Made by a program: the position numbers and the translations under genes. Below the pieces are notes generated by a model, which saw only the letters and a program-made list of their open reading frames with translations, was not told where the DNA came from and did not search any database. From Bacteroidota bacterium (GTDB lineage: Bacteria > Bacteroidota > Bacteroidia > Chitinophagales > UBA10324), in assembly GCA_014190575.1 (NCBI GenBank), contig BJGQ01000001.1:21569-85568 (forward strand): a DNA stretch of 64,000 nt. The letters run 5' to 3'. This document shows positions 54,379 to 64,000 of this stretch, in pieces. The number at the start of each line of letters is the position of its first letter. The first letter of the stretch is position 1.

Positions 54379-57300
54379 TTAATTCAATTTCTCCAGTTTA
54401 AAATTACTAATGCCCGAAGGTGATTTTACCGATAAGAAATAAACTCCACTTGCCAGCGCTTCAGCATTTATCACCCAATGATTTTTGTTTGAAGTAAACG
54501 AAGACCATTCAACCTCTCCCAATGTATTGAACAATGTAATTGATTCAATTTGCTGGGCACCCGAATAATTTACAGTGAAATTATTCATTGTTGGATTTGG
54601 AAATATTGTAAAGCCATCAACATTAATCAAATTATTTATTCCGGTAGTCACATCTAATGTTTGAGTAATGGTATCGCAACAATTGCTGTTGCAAACAATT
54701 AATGTAACTGTATAAGTACCATCAAATGCATAAGTATGCGTAGGATTCTGAATGTTATCAGTTAATCCGTCACCAAAATTCCAGTTATAGGAAATGGCTG
54801 TTGTGGGGTCAGTGAAACTATAAGTTGCATTTGTATTTGTATAAGTAAATGCAGCAGCAGAGAAATCTATTGTTGCGGTAATAGGAGTTCGAGCACTTAC
54901 ACAACCAGGAACCTGTATTTGCCAGTTATAAGGGAAGTACCAACGATCAGGATTGTTAGCGCTGTTTCCTGTAATAGATATAACACCTGGAATAGTATAT
55001 GGATAAGATGCACCGGTTGTGTTTCGGTAAAGATTGGCAACAGCTAAAACTCCTAATTCGTAATTAGTTCCAATTGCAATATCCCAATTTAATGAAACTG
55101 TTTGCGCACCATCCAATACATAAATTGTAGTGTCCTGTAAAATATTTCCGTTACCATCCAATAATTCGAAAGTGCGATCAGCATCTCCATCTGCAAAAAC
55201 ATCACATGAAATCAAAGTGAACGGAGCTAAAGCATCAAATATCTGGTAACGATCAGTATTGCTTGTGTAAATACTGGTGGTACCAATGTTATTATCAACC
55301 GCGCCAACAAATTCAGGTGACGATGGAACCTCTTCTTCAACATAATAAGTTGTTGTGTTATTTAAAAAGCCGGTGTTAAAAGTTGAACCTGTATTTATAA
55401 GATTCCCTCCGGTAGGTGCATCGTACCAATTTAAAACTCCACCTCCTTGTCCAGCTGCATTTAACAGAAAAGATGTTGGGTTACAATTAGAATCATCAGT
55501 TGTAAGAGGAGCAGTTGGAAGATTTATAGTGATGTATAAAGTTTTAATCTCAGTTCCCAAACCAATTACATTATTCGCAACTAATGTTACGGTATATGAA
55601 CCATTAGCGGTGTATGTATGAGTTGGATTTTGTTGAGTTGAAGTTCCACCATCGCCAAAATCCCAATCCCATGAAATTGGTGTTTGTGTGGTAATATCTG
55701 TGAAGTCAATTGTACCATCGCAACTTAAAGTTTCATTGGTATAGAAATCAACATTAGGCAAAGCGGTTTCACAAATCCAACTCGCAGCAAATCCTGAAGC
55801 CGTAACTCCTCCATCTGAAGTACTTACTAAAGTCAATGAACCTGAAGATGCTACTATGGTTCCCCCCGCAGGCAAACCTGTATTTGTATATTGACCTATT
55901 AAAGTGCTGGCAGTAGTTGGGCCATCGTATATATACAGGTAGTCATAATTATTTTCATAAAAGAAAGATGTAAATGTTAATGTTAAACCTGTTGAATTAG
56001 TAGGTGCAATAGTTATGGTGTCATTATGGTTATCAGTATAATTTCCGGCAGGGCCGCCGTTATCATACAACAAACCATCGCAACTTGTAAATGTTGAATT
56101 GCCATTAACAGGCATATTATAAATACACTGAAGATTTGAATCAACTTGTATTAATGCTGTATAGGTAATTGAATCAATACCACAAACTCCACCGTTGGTT
56201 ACCAACTTCACATCAAAGGTTCCGTAATTATTGTAAGTGTGTATAGGAGAAATAGCCGTGGAAGTTGTGCCATCACCAAAATGCCATAGATAAGAACCAC
56301 CATTTGCACTTAAGTTTTGAAAATGAAATATAGCCGGTGTTGTACAAGCAGTTGTTATGTCAACACTAAAATCCGAAACCACAGTTGGATCAAATGGCCC
56401 ACCTACTCCAACAGCAAACCAGGCATCAGCCACCATTTGCACTTCAGGTGAACAAGGTCCATAAATATCAGTTGCAGCGTTTAATGTTGATTGACGGGCA
56501 TCTGCATACTGTGCAGTTGGAAACATATAATCTCTCCATGCTTTGTACAAAATATCTGAAGCTTCAGCAAGTGAAAGTCCTGTAATATTATAAGCATCGC
56601 CATTGTCATTTGTTCCGCTTCCACCAACTGACATTAAATAAAACCAATAATTTAAAACACCACTATTTGTATGCACTCCACCATTATCAGGTCCTCCGGC
56701 TGCAACCCAATCAGGGCCCAAGTAAGTATCAGGTTGACCATATAAATGAGGATCTGACATGCTGCGAAAAGGGGTACCGAAATCTTCGCCTATTAACCAA
56801 TCAGCCGTTGCGCCTCCACCATAAAATTCAACAGCAGTTCCAATACAATCACTGTAACCTTCATTCAATCCACCAGGCTCGTCCTGATAATTTAAACCGC
56901 AAGTCATTTGAGTTACTCCATGAGAAATTTCATGACCACAAACATCCAATGAAGTAAGAGGGCCTCCATTGCCATCGCCATATGTCATTTCGGTTCCATC
57001 CCAGAATGCATTGTAGTATCCAACATCATAATGCACATAGCTAATTAATTTCATTCCATTATCATCCACACTATTCCTATTATGATTGAGCCAGTAATAA
57101 TCATAAGTCATTTCAGCACCATAATGAGCATCGGTCGCATATTCATCCAGGTTTGCATTCACATTATTCCAGATATTATCTGCATCGGTAAAATCAATTG
57201 CCAAAGCATAATCCATCCCTGTTTCCATGTTGTAAGTTTCAATTCCATCGCCTCTGTCTGCTTCACGCAGGCGATAACCTCCGGCAAAACTATCAGTGAT

Positions 57301-58089
57301 AATTGTTTGCGTTCCTACATAACCAGTAACAGCTGATCCGGTTGCATCAGCATCAAGAATTCTGTTTACTGAATTAATTATTACTCCGGTATTTGCATCA
57401 ACAAAAATATAATTGCGGCTTAATGGAGCTATTGCAAATACATCAAAACGATAACACAAACGAAAATCTTTATTGTTGCCGTTAACTGATGTATACATCA
57501 ATTCACCTTTTGGATAAAAAGTCTCTTGTGAATTTTGAATTTGTTCCGTTGTCATTTTTGAAAAAGCCGGACTTTGCCAGCGATATGTTTTTGCATTGGT
57601 ATGTGCAAGTGCAAAATTCAAGGCGGTTGATTCATCCATTGAAATATCATTCAACGCATTGATTTGAGTAATAAAACTACCACTGCATGAAATTACATTC
57701 CCATTCTGAAGATGTGCAATCCACATGGTGTTTGCAACTGGTATTCCGCCCCAGGTTTCCTGATAATGAATGTGCGAATTCTTTTTTTCATCAACAGATG
57801 TTTGCATTTCTTTCAACCCAAATTCTCTTGAAGTTTTAAAAGCAGCGCGCATCCATCTTTCAAAATACTGAACCGGAATTTCATTAGCTGCACTCATGAA
57901 AATGTAATTCGGAAAACCGGTTTTGTCGTTTGTGATGATGCGGCTCGTTCCGTTTATTAATTTGTTTGAAGCAGCACCTGTAATTTCCCGTGCTTGTGAA
58001 TTTATTGCTGCTAACAGAATAACAACAACCTTAAAAATTTTTTTAATCATTAATTTATTCTGAAAGGATTCGTGAATCTTTGATTTCAT
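54379..58089 (-). CDS. M4 (thermolysin-like) metallopeptidase with PKD, CUB-like and further beta domains and a T9SS type-A CTD
   Basis: 'VCGHEISHGVTQ' (HExxH) and 'GGLNEGYSDCIG' (third ligand). Three PKD cores ('LWHFGDG', 'DWDFGDG', 'NWNFGDG'). CUB-like 'DYLYIYDG...GFAASW'. CTD 'FTIFPNPTMNNFTVNY...FKLEKLN'. An alternative start at 58050 gives a cleaner signal peptide. Confidence 0.85.
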   Translation of the reverse strand: MKSKIHESFQNKLMIKKIFKVVVILLAAINSQAREITGAASNKLINGTSRIITNDKTGFPNYIFMSAANEIPVQYFERWMRAAFKTSREFGLKEMQTSVDEKKNSHIHYQETWGGIPVANTMWIAHLQNGNVISCSGSFITQINALNDISMDESTALNFALAHTNAKTYRWQSPAFSKMTTEQIQNSQETFYPKGELMYTSVNGNNKDFRLCYRFDVFAIAPLSRNYIFVDANTGVIINSVNRILDADATGSAVTGYVGTQTIITDSFAGGYRLREADRGDGIETYNMETGMDYALAIDFTDADNIWNNVNANLDEYATDAHYGAEMTYDYYWLNHNRNSVDDNGMKLISYVHYDVGYYNAFWDGTEMTYGDGNGGPLTSLDVCGHEISHGVTQMTCGLNYQDEPGGLNEGYSDCIGTAVEFYGGGATADWLIGEDFGTPFRSMSDPHLYGQPDTYLGPDWVAAGGPDNGGVHTNSGVLNYWFYLMSVGGSGTNDNGDAYNITGLSLAEASDILYKAWRDYMFPTAQYADARQSTLNAATDIYGPCSPEVQMVADAWFAVGVGGPFDPTVVSDFSVDITTACTTPAIFHFQNLSANGGSYLWHFGDGTTSTAISPIHTYNNYGTFDVKLVTNGGVCGIDSITYTALIQVDSNLQCIYNMPVNGNSTFTSCDGLLYDNGGPAGNYTDNHNDTITIAPTNSTGLTLTFTSFFYENNYDYLYIYDGPTTASTLIGQYTNTGLPAGGTIVASSGSLTLVSTSDGGVTASGFAASWICETALPNVDFYTNETLSCDGTIDFTDITTQTPISWDWDFGDGGTSTQQNPTHTYTANGSYTVTLVANNVIGLGTEIKTLYITINLPTAPLTTDDSNCNPTSFLLNAAGQGGGVLNWYDAPTGGNLINTGSTFNTGFLNNTTTYYVEEEVPSSPEFVGAVDNNIGTTSIYTSNTDRYQIFDALAPFTLISCDVFADGDADRTFELLDGNGNILQDTTIYVLDGAQTVSLNWDIAIGTNYELGVLAVANLYRNTTGASYPYTIPGVISITGNSANNPDRWYFPYNWQIQVPGCVSARTPITATIDFSAAAFTYTNTNATYSFTDPTTAISYNWNFGDGLTDNIQNPTHTYAFDGTYTVTLIVCNSNCCDTITQTLDVTTGINNLINVDGFTIFPNPTMNNFTVNYSGAQQIESITLFNTLGEVEWSSFTSNKNHWVINAEALASGVYFLSVKSPSGISNFKLEKLN

Positions 58090-58203
58090 CAGGATTTTGA
58101 TTTTTGGTGCACCGAAAATAGCCGAGTTGAGCAGTAATGCAAACTTTCATTTAACTCTGAAAAAACTTTCGGCTCTGAATACTTTTAACTTGTTTTGCAG
58201 TTG

Positions 58204-58938
58204 ATGAATAGAAAAATTATTGTGGCTATTGACGGTCATGCTTCTTGCGGAAAAAGCACTCTTGCAAGGCAGTTGGCAAATAAACTTGGCTATATATATG
58301 TTGACTCCGGTGCTATGTATCGCGCAGTAACTTTGTATTTTATTGAGAATGGAATTGATTACCGAAACAAAGGGCAAATGATAAGTGCGCTGAAAAATAT
58401 AAATATCAGTTTTCAATACAATGAAAAAACAGAAATGCCTGAAACTTTGTTGAACGGAAATGTGGTGGAAAAAAAAATACGCTCCATGAAAATTTCGGAA
58501 GCCGTGAGTCCTGTGAGCTCCATAAAAGAAGTTCGTGAATTTTTAGTGGCACAGCAACAAGCAATGGGAAATCGGAAAGGATTAACAATGGATGGTAGAG
58601 ATATTGGTACGGTGGTTTTTCCGGATGCTGAATTAAAAATATTTCTTACCTCAAATGAAAAGATAAGAGCTGAACGACGATTTATTGAATTACATAAAAA
58701 GGGAATTGATGCCACATTGGAAGAAGTGGTTCACAATCTTGAATCTCGTGATTATGAAGACAGCCATAGAATTACAAGTCCACTTTACAAAGCCGGAGAT
58801 GCAATAGAATTAGACAATACAAACCTGAGTGAAGAACAACAATTGGAGTTTGCACTCAATCTGGTGAACGAAAAAATAAGCGAGCTGCATAAAGCACAAT
58901 TTGAAAAAGCTGAATTGAACAAAACAGATTTTAATTAG
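58204..58938 (+). CDS. cmk: Cytidylate kinase
   Basis: P-loop 'IVAIDGHASCGKSTLARQLA', 'YVDSGAMYRAVT', 'GRDIGTVVFPDA'. The start at 58204 (MNRK) is preferred over 58195. Confidence 0.9.
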   Translation: MNRKIIVAIDGHASCGKSTLARQLANKLGYIYVDSGAMYRAVTLYFIENGIDYRNKGQMISALKNINISFQYNEKTEMPETLLNGNVVEKKIRSMKISEAVSPVSSIKEVREFLVAQQQAMGNRKGLTMDGRDIGTVVFPDAELKIFLTSNEKIRAERRFIELHKKGIDATLEEVVHNLESRDYEDSHRITSPLYKAGDAIELDNTNLSEEQQLEFALNLVNEKISELHKAQFEKAELNKTDFN

Positions 58939-58953
58939 TTATTAAATAAGAAT

Positions 58954-59838
58954 ATGTTTGTAAAAATTGACGACAACAGTGGATTTTGTTTTGGAGTGGT
59001 GTATGCCATTCAAATGGCAGAAGATGAATTGGAAGAAAACCAACAACTCTACTGCCTTGGCGATATTGTTCACAATGACATTGAAGTAAAACGATTAACC
59101 GATAAAGGTTTAAAAATTATTAATCACGAAGATTTACAGAACCTGCACAACTGTACCGTATTGATTCGTGCACATGGCGAACCACCTGAAACATATTTAA
59201 CAGCCTTACAAAACAATATTAATTTGTTGGATGCAAGTTGCCCGGTTGTTTTAAAATTACAGAACCGTGTTAAAACCGCTTATGATAAATTACCGGAAGC
59301 TAAATCGCAGATTGTGATTTTTGGAATTCCCGGGCATGCTGAAGTAAATGGATTGATGGGACAGACCGATAAAAATGCAATCATCATTACCACCGAAGCT
59401 GACCTTGATAAAATTGATTACCACAAACCGATTATTCTTTTTTCGCAAACAACAAAGAGCACCGATAAATTTTATAAAATAAAACAACTGATTGAGGAGC
59501 GTGCTTTAGCAGTTGGAAATATCAATGTATCAGCCAACGATACCATTTGCCGGCAGGTGAGTAATCGGGAGCCGCAATTAAAAATATTTTCAACCAAGCA
59601 CGATGTAATCATTTTTGTTGGTGGAAAGAAAAGCTCGAATGGAAAGGTTTTATTTCAGGTGTGCAAGGAAGCAAACCCCAACACTTATTTTATATCATCA
59701 GCTGAAGAATTAAATGCTGATTGGTTTTTGAATTGTGAATCAGTTGGAATATGTGGAGCCACCTCTACCCCATTGTGGTTGATGGAAAATGTTGCTGAAA
59801 CCATCAGAGAAAAGTATTCGCTTAATACTGCAGTTTAA
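58954..59838 (+). CDS. ispH: 4-hydroxy-3-methylbut-2-enyl diphosphate reductase
   Basis: 'SGFCFGVVYAI', 'IRAHGEPP', 'LLDASCPVV' and 'ICGATSTP' supply the LytB Cys ligands. 294 aa. Confidence 0.9.
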   Translation: MFVKIDDNSGFCFGVVYAIQMAEDELEENQQLYCLGDIVHNDIEVKRLTDKGLKIINHEDLQNLHNCTVLIRAHGEPPETYLTALQNNINLLDASCPVVLKLQNRVKTAYDKLPEAKSQIVIFGIPGHAEVNGLMGQTDKNAIIITTEADLDKIDYHKPIILFSQTTKSTDKFYKIKQLIEERALAVGNINVSANDTICRQVSNREPQLKIFSTKHDVIIFVGGKKSSNGKVLFQVCKEANPNTYFISSAEELNADWFLNCESVGICGATSTPLWLMENVAETIREKYSLNTAV

Positions 59839-59850
59839 GTATTAAAATAA

Positions 59851-60921
59851 TTATACCACTACTTCCCTTTTAGCAAGGCTGTCGTGAATCTGAACCAATG
59901 TATCCTGCAAATTATATTTCCAATCCCAACCCGGATAATGTTTTTTAAATTTTGAAACATCGCTGATGTACCAGATATGATCGCCTATGCGATTGGTATC
60001 GGAATAAGTAATATTTATTTTCTTACCTGAAATTTGTTCGCAGATTTTTATGGCTTCCATCATGGAGCAATTGGCAAACCGCCCACCCCCTGCATTGTAA
60101 GCTTCACCTTGTTTTGGATTCTGATAATAATGCCAGAACATATTTACCAAATCAAAACTGTGAATGTTATCGCGCACTTGTTTTCCCTTGTATCCAAAAA
60201 TGGTGTAATGACTTCCTGTAATTGCGCACTTCATCAGGTAGGCAAGAAAACCATGCAGTTGTGTTCCACTGTGATTGGGTCCGGTTAAACAGCCTCCGCG
60301 AAACACGCCTGTGTTCATTTCAAAGTATCTTCCATATTCCTGCACCAATATATCAGCAGCAACTTTTGATGCGCCAAATAATGAATGCTTCGTGTGGTCA
60401 ATACTCATTTGCTCATCAATTCCTTCTTTGAAATACGGGTGCGATTTATCTATCTCCCATCGGGTTTCAGTTTCAATAAGCGGAAGAAAATTCGGGTTAT
60501 CGCCATACACTTTATTGGTGGATGTGAAAATAAAAACAGCTTTCGGGCAGTGAAGCCGTGTCATCTCCAGCATGTTTAAAGTTCCGTTTGCATTCACGGT
60601 AAAATCAGTGAACGGTTCTTTAGCTGCCCAGTCGTGACTTGGCTGTGCTGCGGTATGAATGATTAAAGAAATATCGGTCCCATATTCTTTAAATATTTTT
60701 TCTAAAGCGGCAGTATCTCGAATGTCAGAATTGTAATGAATGTAATTTCCAAAAGTATTTTCCAATCTCTTTTCGTTCCATTCGGTAGATGCTTCCTTAC
60801 CAAAAAAATATTGACGGAGATTATTATCTATTCCAATAATTTTATCGAATCGGGTTGATAAAAATTCAACTGACTCACTACCTATTAACCCTGCTGATCC
60901 GGTGACTAAAGCTATTTTCAT
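59851..60921 (-). CDS. Extended-SDR NAD-dependent epimerase/dehydratase (CDP-paratose-2-epimerase-like)
   Basis: Rossmann motif '[10 protein letters not shown]', 'STNKVYG', and 'GASKVAAD' in place of the canonical YxxxK context. 356 aa. Confidence 0.8.
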   Translation of the reverse strand: MKIALVTGSAGLIGSESVEFLSTRFDKIIGIDNNLRQYFFGKEASTEWNEKRLENTFGNYIHYNSDIRDTAALEKIFKEYGTDISLIIHTAAQPSHDWAAKEPFTDFTVNANGTLNMLEMTRLHCPKAVFIFTSTNKVYGDNPNFLPLIETETRWEIDKSHPYFKEGIDEQMSIDHTKHSLFGASKVAADILVQEYGRYFEMNTGVFRGGCLTGPNHSGTQLHGFLAYLMKCAITGSHYTIFGYKGKQVRDNIHSFDLVNMFWHYYQNPKQGEAYNAGGGRFANCSMMEAIKICEQISGKKINITYSDTNRIGDHIWYISDVSKFKKHYPGWDWKYNLQDTLVQIHDSLAKREVVV

Positions 60922-61985
60922 GAAAGTATGGGTTCTAATGCGTGTTCATTTTCGCGGAGCCAAAAGTAAATATCTTCCAGTATCTCTTTTGAACTAATTG
61001 CAGGTTTCCACCCTGTTAATTTTGTAATCTTCGTATTATCAGTAAAGTAAATCCGAATATCGGCTTGTCGGTTTTCAGGAACAGAATCAATCTCAATTTT
61101 ATTTCCTGTAATTTCCTGACACAACGCAGTCAGTTCTTTTAGCGATAAACTTATTTCTCTCCCACCGCCTGCGTTCAAGGTCATTCCGTTTACTTTATCC
61201 AGGTTGTGGACTTCCCAATCAACCAAGCGAAACAAATCTTTTACATGCAGCACATCGCGCACCTGCTTGCCTTCACCACCATAACCGATATATGATAATT
61301 TCTTTTTCCAGAAATGTTTTGCAAGCCACAGTACCACAACACCTTGATCAACTTTTCCCATTTGCCAAGGACCGGTTAAAACTCCACAACGATTAATAAC
61401 AGATTTTAACCCATAAAAATGATTGTATTCAGTAATTAATAATTCTGACGAAAGTTTTGATGCACCATAAAAAGACCGGTACCCATCCATCGGAAAGTTT
61501 TCTGCAATTCCATTTGATGATACTCCTGAAATTTCCTGAATATCTGTTAATTCAAACCGGTTTTCTTCTTCCGTAAAAAGCAATTGTTCTATCGGTTCAA
61601 TGGGATATACACGACTGGATGAAAGAAAAATAAAATTTGCTTTACAGTTTTTTGCAAACTCCAGACAGTTAATTGTGCCAATCAAATTGGTGTTTAATAA
61701 ATAATCAGTACTTGAATTTATACCTGCAAGCACCGATGGTTCGGCTGAACATTCAATCACAACATCAACTACACCAACTGATTGAAAATCTTCTTTGTTT
61801 CGAATATCGCCGTGCACAAATTGAATTCCTGCTTTTAAAAACCGATTGAGGTTTAACTCACTTCCCTTTCTTCTTAAATTATCAAAACAAATAATTTCAT
61901 ACTCCGCATATTTTTCACGAAAAGCAATAGCTAATGAACTGCCTACAAATCCAGCACCTCCGGTAATTAGAATTCGTGTTTTCAT
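60918..61985 (-). CDS. Extended-SDR NAD-dependent epimerase/dehydratase (CDP-paratose-2-epimerase-like), paralogue
   Basis: '[12 protein letters not shown]', '[10 protein letters not shown]', 'YGASKLSSE', '[13 protein letters not shown]'. The stop overlaps the start of the downstream SDR gene (ATGA). Confidence 0.8.
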   Translation of the reverse strand: MKTRILITGGAGFVGSSLAIAFREKYAEYEIICFDNLRRKGSELNLNRFLKAGIQFVHGDIRNKEDFQSVGVVDVVIECSAEPSVLAGINSSTDYLLNTNLIGTINCLEFAKNCKANFIFLSSSRVYPIEPIEQLLFTEEENRFELTDIQEISGVSSNGIAENFPMDGYRSFYGASKLSSELLITEYNHFYGLKSVINRCGVLTGPWQMGKVDQGVVVLWLAKHFWKKKLSYIGYGGEGKQVRDVLHVKDLFRLVDWEVHNLDKVNGMTLNAGGGREISLSLKELTALCQEITGNKIEIDSVPENRQADIRIYFTDNTKITKLTGWKPAISSKEILEDIYFWLRENEHALEPILS

Positions 61986-62096
61986 GAAAATGTAATTCGG
62001 TCAAAAATAATTTAAAACACCAAAGCGAAAATAAAATCGTGTTGATATACCAATTGAACAATTTTGTGAAAACAATAAACACTGTGAGTATGATAG

Positions 62097-62104
62097 TATA
62101 TTTG
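62097..62104 (+). promoter_or_regulatory. Bacteroidota-type -7 box upstream of the delta-60-repeat gene
   Basis: TATATTTG lies about 130 nt upstream of the preferred ATG at 62236. Confidence 0.25.
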
Positions 62105-62235
62105 TTAAACTATAAAATGCAGAAGAATAACTTGAACGAATGAATGCAGAAACAGAATACAAACCACTTGATGGAAATGCTGTTAAAGTTTCAGTTCGTG
62201 AAGCCACGAACCGAGGCTGGAAAAATTATATTAAA

Positions 62236-63792
62236 ATGAAAATGAAATTTTTTTTCCTTGTTCTTAGTAGTTTAGCAAGAATTTATTTTTGCAATGCACA
62301 AGTTGGTTTAATTGATTCCACATTTGGAGTCAATGGCAGAACTACGAATTTTCTATGGGCTTGGCACATTGCAGTTCAAACTGATGATAAAATTTTAATT
62401 GCAACTTCTCATGACTTTGATGCAATGCACGAAAATGATTTTGGCTTATGCAGATTCAAGTCAAATGGGAGAGTAGATAGCACTTTTGGAATTAATGGGA
62501 GAGCAACAGGGGCAGGAGCTGATTTTGATGCTGGGGTAGATTGTGAAGGACTTGCTTTGCAATCCGATGGTAAAATTGTTGTTTCCAATTCGGGAAATAA
62601 TCATGATAAATTTGTGATTGCGCGATATAATACAAACGGGCAATTAGACCTAAACTTTGGAATTAATGGTTTTGCAAAAACTTCATTAGGTAGCTGGATC
62701 GAATCTCCGGTTTTAGTTGTTCAGCCAGATGGAAAAATAATTGCCGGAGGTGATGGCCACATACCTGCTTCAGGCGGAAGCTGGAGCGAATTTGTGCTGA
62801 TCAGATATAACGCAAATGGCAGCATTGATAATAGTTTTGGTAATGCAGGAGTTGTAAATACCGGTTTTTCAAGACCGCGAGCATTTATACAATCATTAGC
62901 TTTGCAGCAAGATGGAAAAATAGTTGCTGCCGGATATACTGGAGATACTTCTACTGGAGGTTGGAAGTTTGCGCTTGCAAGATATAATTCAAATGGAACA
63001 TTAGATAATACATTTGGTATTGGAGGAAAATCAGAACCATTTGTTGGGAGTAATCAAGGTGATGGTGTTTTCAGTTCAGTGATTGTGTTATCAGACAATA
63101 AAATTTTGTTAGGTGGTGGTGATTATTGGATTGGAGGATCTGACAGTTATGGCTTAATAATGAAGTTGAATGTAGATGGTTCTTTTGACACCTTGTTTGG
63201 TGACAGCGGGTTACTAATAGCAGACTTTGACCTGTTTAATTCATCGGGGAATTATTTATCCGACATTAAGTTGCAAGCTGATAACAAAATAGTTGCAGTT
63301 GGATATTCAGCTTTTAATTCAGGTGAATATGATTTTGCAATGGCAAGGTATAATTCAAACGGCTCAATAGATTCTACTTTTGCATTAAATGGTCAGTTTG
63401 TTGATTCTTTAAATGGGATATATCCGACAGCGGTTGCTTTGCAATCCACTGGGAAAATTGTCACTGCTAATGGTTTTGTATTCAGGTTTTTGAATGATAC
63501 TTTTCTCGGTACTCTTGATTTCTCCGAAGCAAGTAACACACTTTTAATTTATCCAAACCCGATACAATCACAAGCAACTCTCCAATATGTTCTCACTCAA
63601 GATGAGCAAATAAGTATTGAGTTATTTGATATGCAAGGTAAATTGGTGCAGCAGTTTTTTACAAATGAAACCCGCACAACAGGCAAGCACGAAGAAGTGT
63701 TAAACCTAAATGAGTTTCTGCCAGCAGGTAGTTATATTATAAATATTGGCAACAGAAAAAACTCGCAGGGAGTTAAGGTGGTGAAAGAATAA
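62236..63792 (+). CDS. Delta-60-repeat beta-propeller-like protein with T9SS type-A CTD
   Basis: The ATG at 62236 gives the signal peptide 'MKMKFFFLVLSSLARIYFCNAQ'. About eight repeats of 'D-x-(S/T/N)-F-G-x-(N/G)-G ... DGKI(V/I) ... ARYN(S/T)NG'. CTD 'LIYPNPIQSQATLQY...VKVVKE'. Confidence 0.7.
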   Translation: MKMKFFFLVLSSLARIYFCNAQVGLIDSTFGVNGRTTNFLWAWHIAVQTDDKILIATSHDFDAMHENDFGLCRFKSNGRVDSTFGINGRATGAGADFDAGVDCEGLALQSDGKIVVSNSGNNHDKFVIARYNTNGQLDLNFGINGFAKTSLGSWIESPVLVVQPDGKIIAGGDGHIPASGGSWSEFVLIRYNANGSIDNSFGNAGVVNTGFSRPRAFIQSLALQQDGKIVAAGYTGDTSTGGWKFALARYNSNGTLDNTFGIGGKSEPFVGSNQGDGVFSSVIVLSDNKILLGGGDYWIGGSDSYGLIMKLNVDGSFDTLFGDSGLLIADFDLFNSSGNYLSDIKLQADNKIVAVGYSAFNSGEYDFAMARYNSNGSIDSTFALNGQFVDSLNGIYPTAVALQSTGKIVTANGFVFRFLNDTFLGTLDFSEASNTLLIYPNPIQSQATLQYVLTQDEQISIELFDMQGKLVQQFFTNETRTTGKHEEVLNLNEFLPAGSYIINIGNRKNSQGVKVVKE

Positions 63793-64000
63793 AAAATGAG
63801 AGATAAAATATACAATAATCCACTAAACTCAATAGCACCCGTGTCCTATACTGCTCAATCCACTTGCGGCGGGAGACACGGGTGAAAAGGGAAGAGAGCA
63901 CAAAATCCTCACATTTTATTTCACCACTCACCGGCATACTTCAAATCCTGACCTGTCTGAAATTTAAGGTAATCATATTTCAGTTTTGTTATTTGGCGGA

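Noticed and set aside
62140-62235. An upstream ATG (62140) as the start of the delta-60-repeat gene.
   Set aside because: It would bury the signal peptide 32 residues inside the protein, which is incompatible with export of a T9SS cargo. It is kept only as an alternative because a -7-like box lies about 36 nt upstream of it.
1-64000. A search by eye for CRISPR arrays, tRNA/rRNA genes, transposases, integrases, phage genes, toxin-antitoxin pairs or known defence modules.
   Set aside because: No regularly spaced direct repeats, no cloverleaf-like or rRNA-like segments in any intergenic gap, and no ORF with recombinase, transposase or nuclease-NTPase defence signatures were seen. All long ORFs are accounted for by housekeeping or secreted proteins.
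63900-64000. An SRP-RNA-like 'CAGGTCAGG' on the minus strand near the window end.
   Set aside because: The conserved GGAA tetraloop context and the flanking helix of 4.5S/SRP RNA are absent. The segment is more likely the 3' end of a minus-strand CDS that continues beyond the window, too short to appear in the ORF track.

Overview
AT-rich chromosomal segment (G+C judged by eye, not computed) that looks like Bacteroidota. The signals are many Por/T9SS C-terminal sorting domains, a PorP/SprF gene, TAnnTTTG-like -7 promoter boxes and no Shine-Dalgarno-like leaders. I call about 49 tightly packed protein genes on both strands. Housekeeping genes (trpS, recN, a phosphohexomutase, ilvE, etfBA, ychF, arfB, dprA, aroC, hutI, rnr, cmk, ispH) are interleaved with many secreted or surface proteins. 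These include nine predicted T9SS cargo proteins (eight type-A CTD, one type-B CTD adjacent to PorP/SprF), S46, M1 and M4 peptidases, two M16-like proteins, a CotH-like protein and outer-membrane beta-barrels. I found no rRNA, tRNA, CRISPR array, transposase, integrase, phage gene or recognisable defence system, and I could not identify a clear-cut novel multi-gene system. The best candidates for undescribed biology are: (1) an M1-type zinc peptidase fused to an Omp85-like barrel (40.0-43.2 kb); (2) a translationally coupled pair of secreted M16 homologues that both lack the HxxEH zinc site (24.9-28.7 kb); (3) a tandem array of paralogous T9SS cargo proteins of unknown function (19.5-24.0 kb); (4) a conserved terminator-like hairpin element in three copies with one compensatory base-pair change (13.7-16.4 kb); (5) several clustered short motifs in promoter regions. 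All family assignments come from motif recognition by eye and recall and need HMM or BLAST confirmation.
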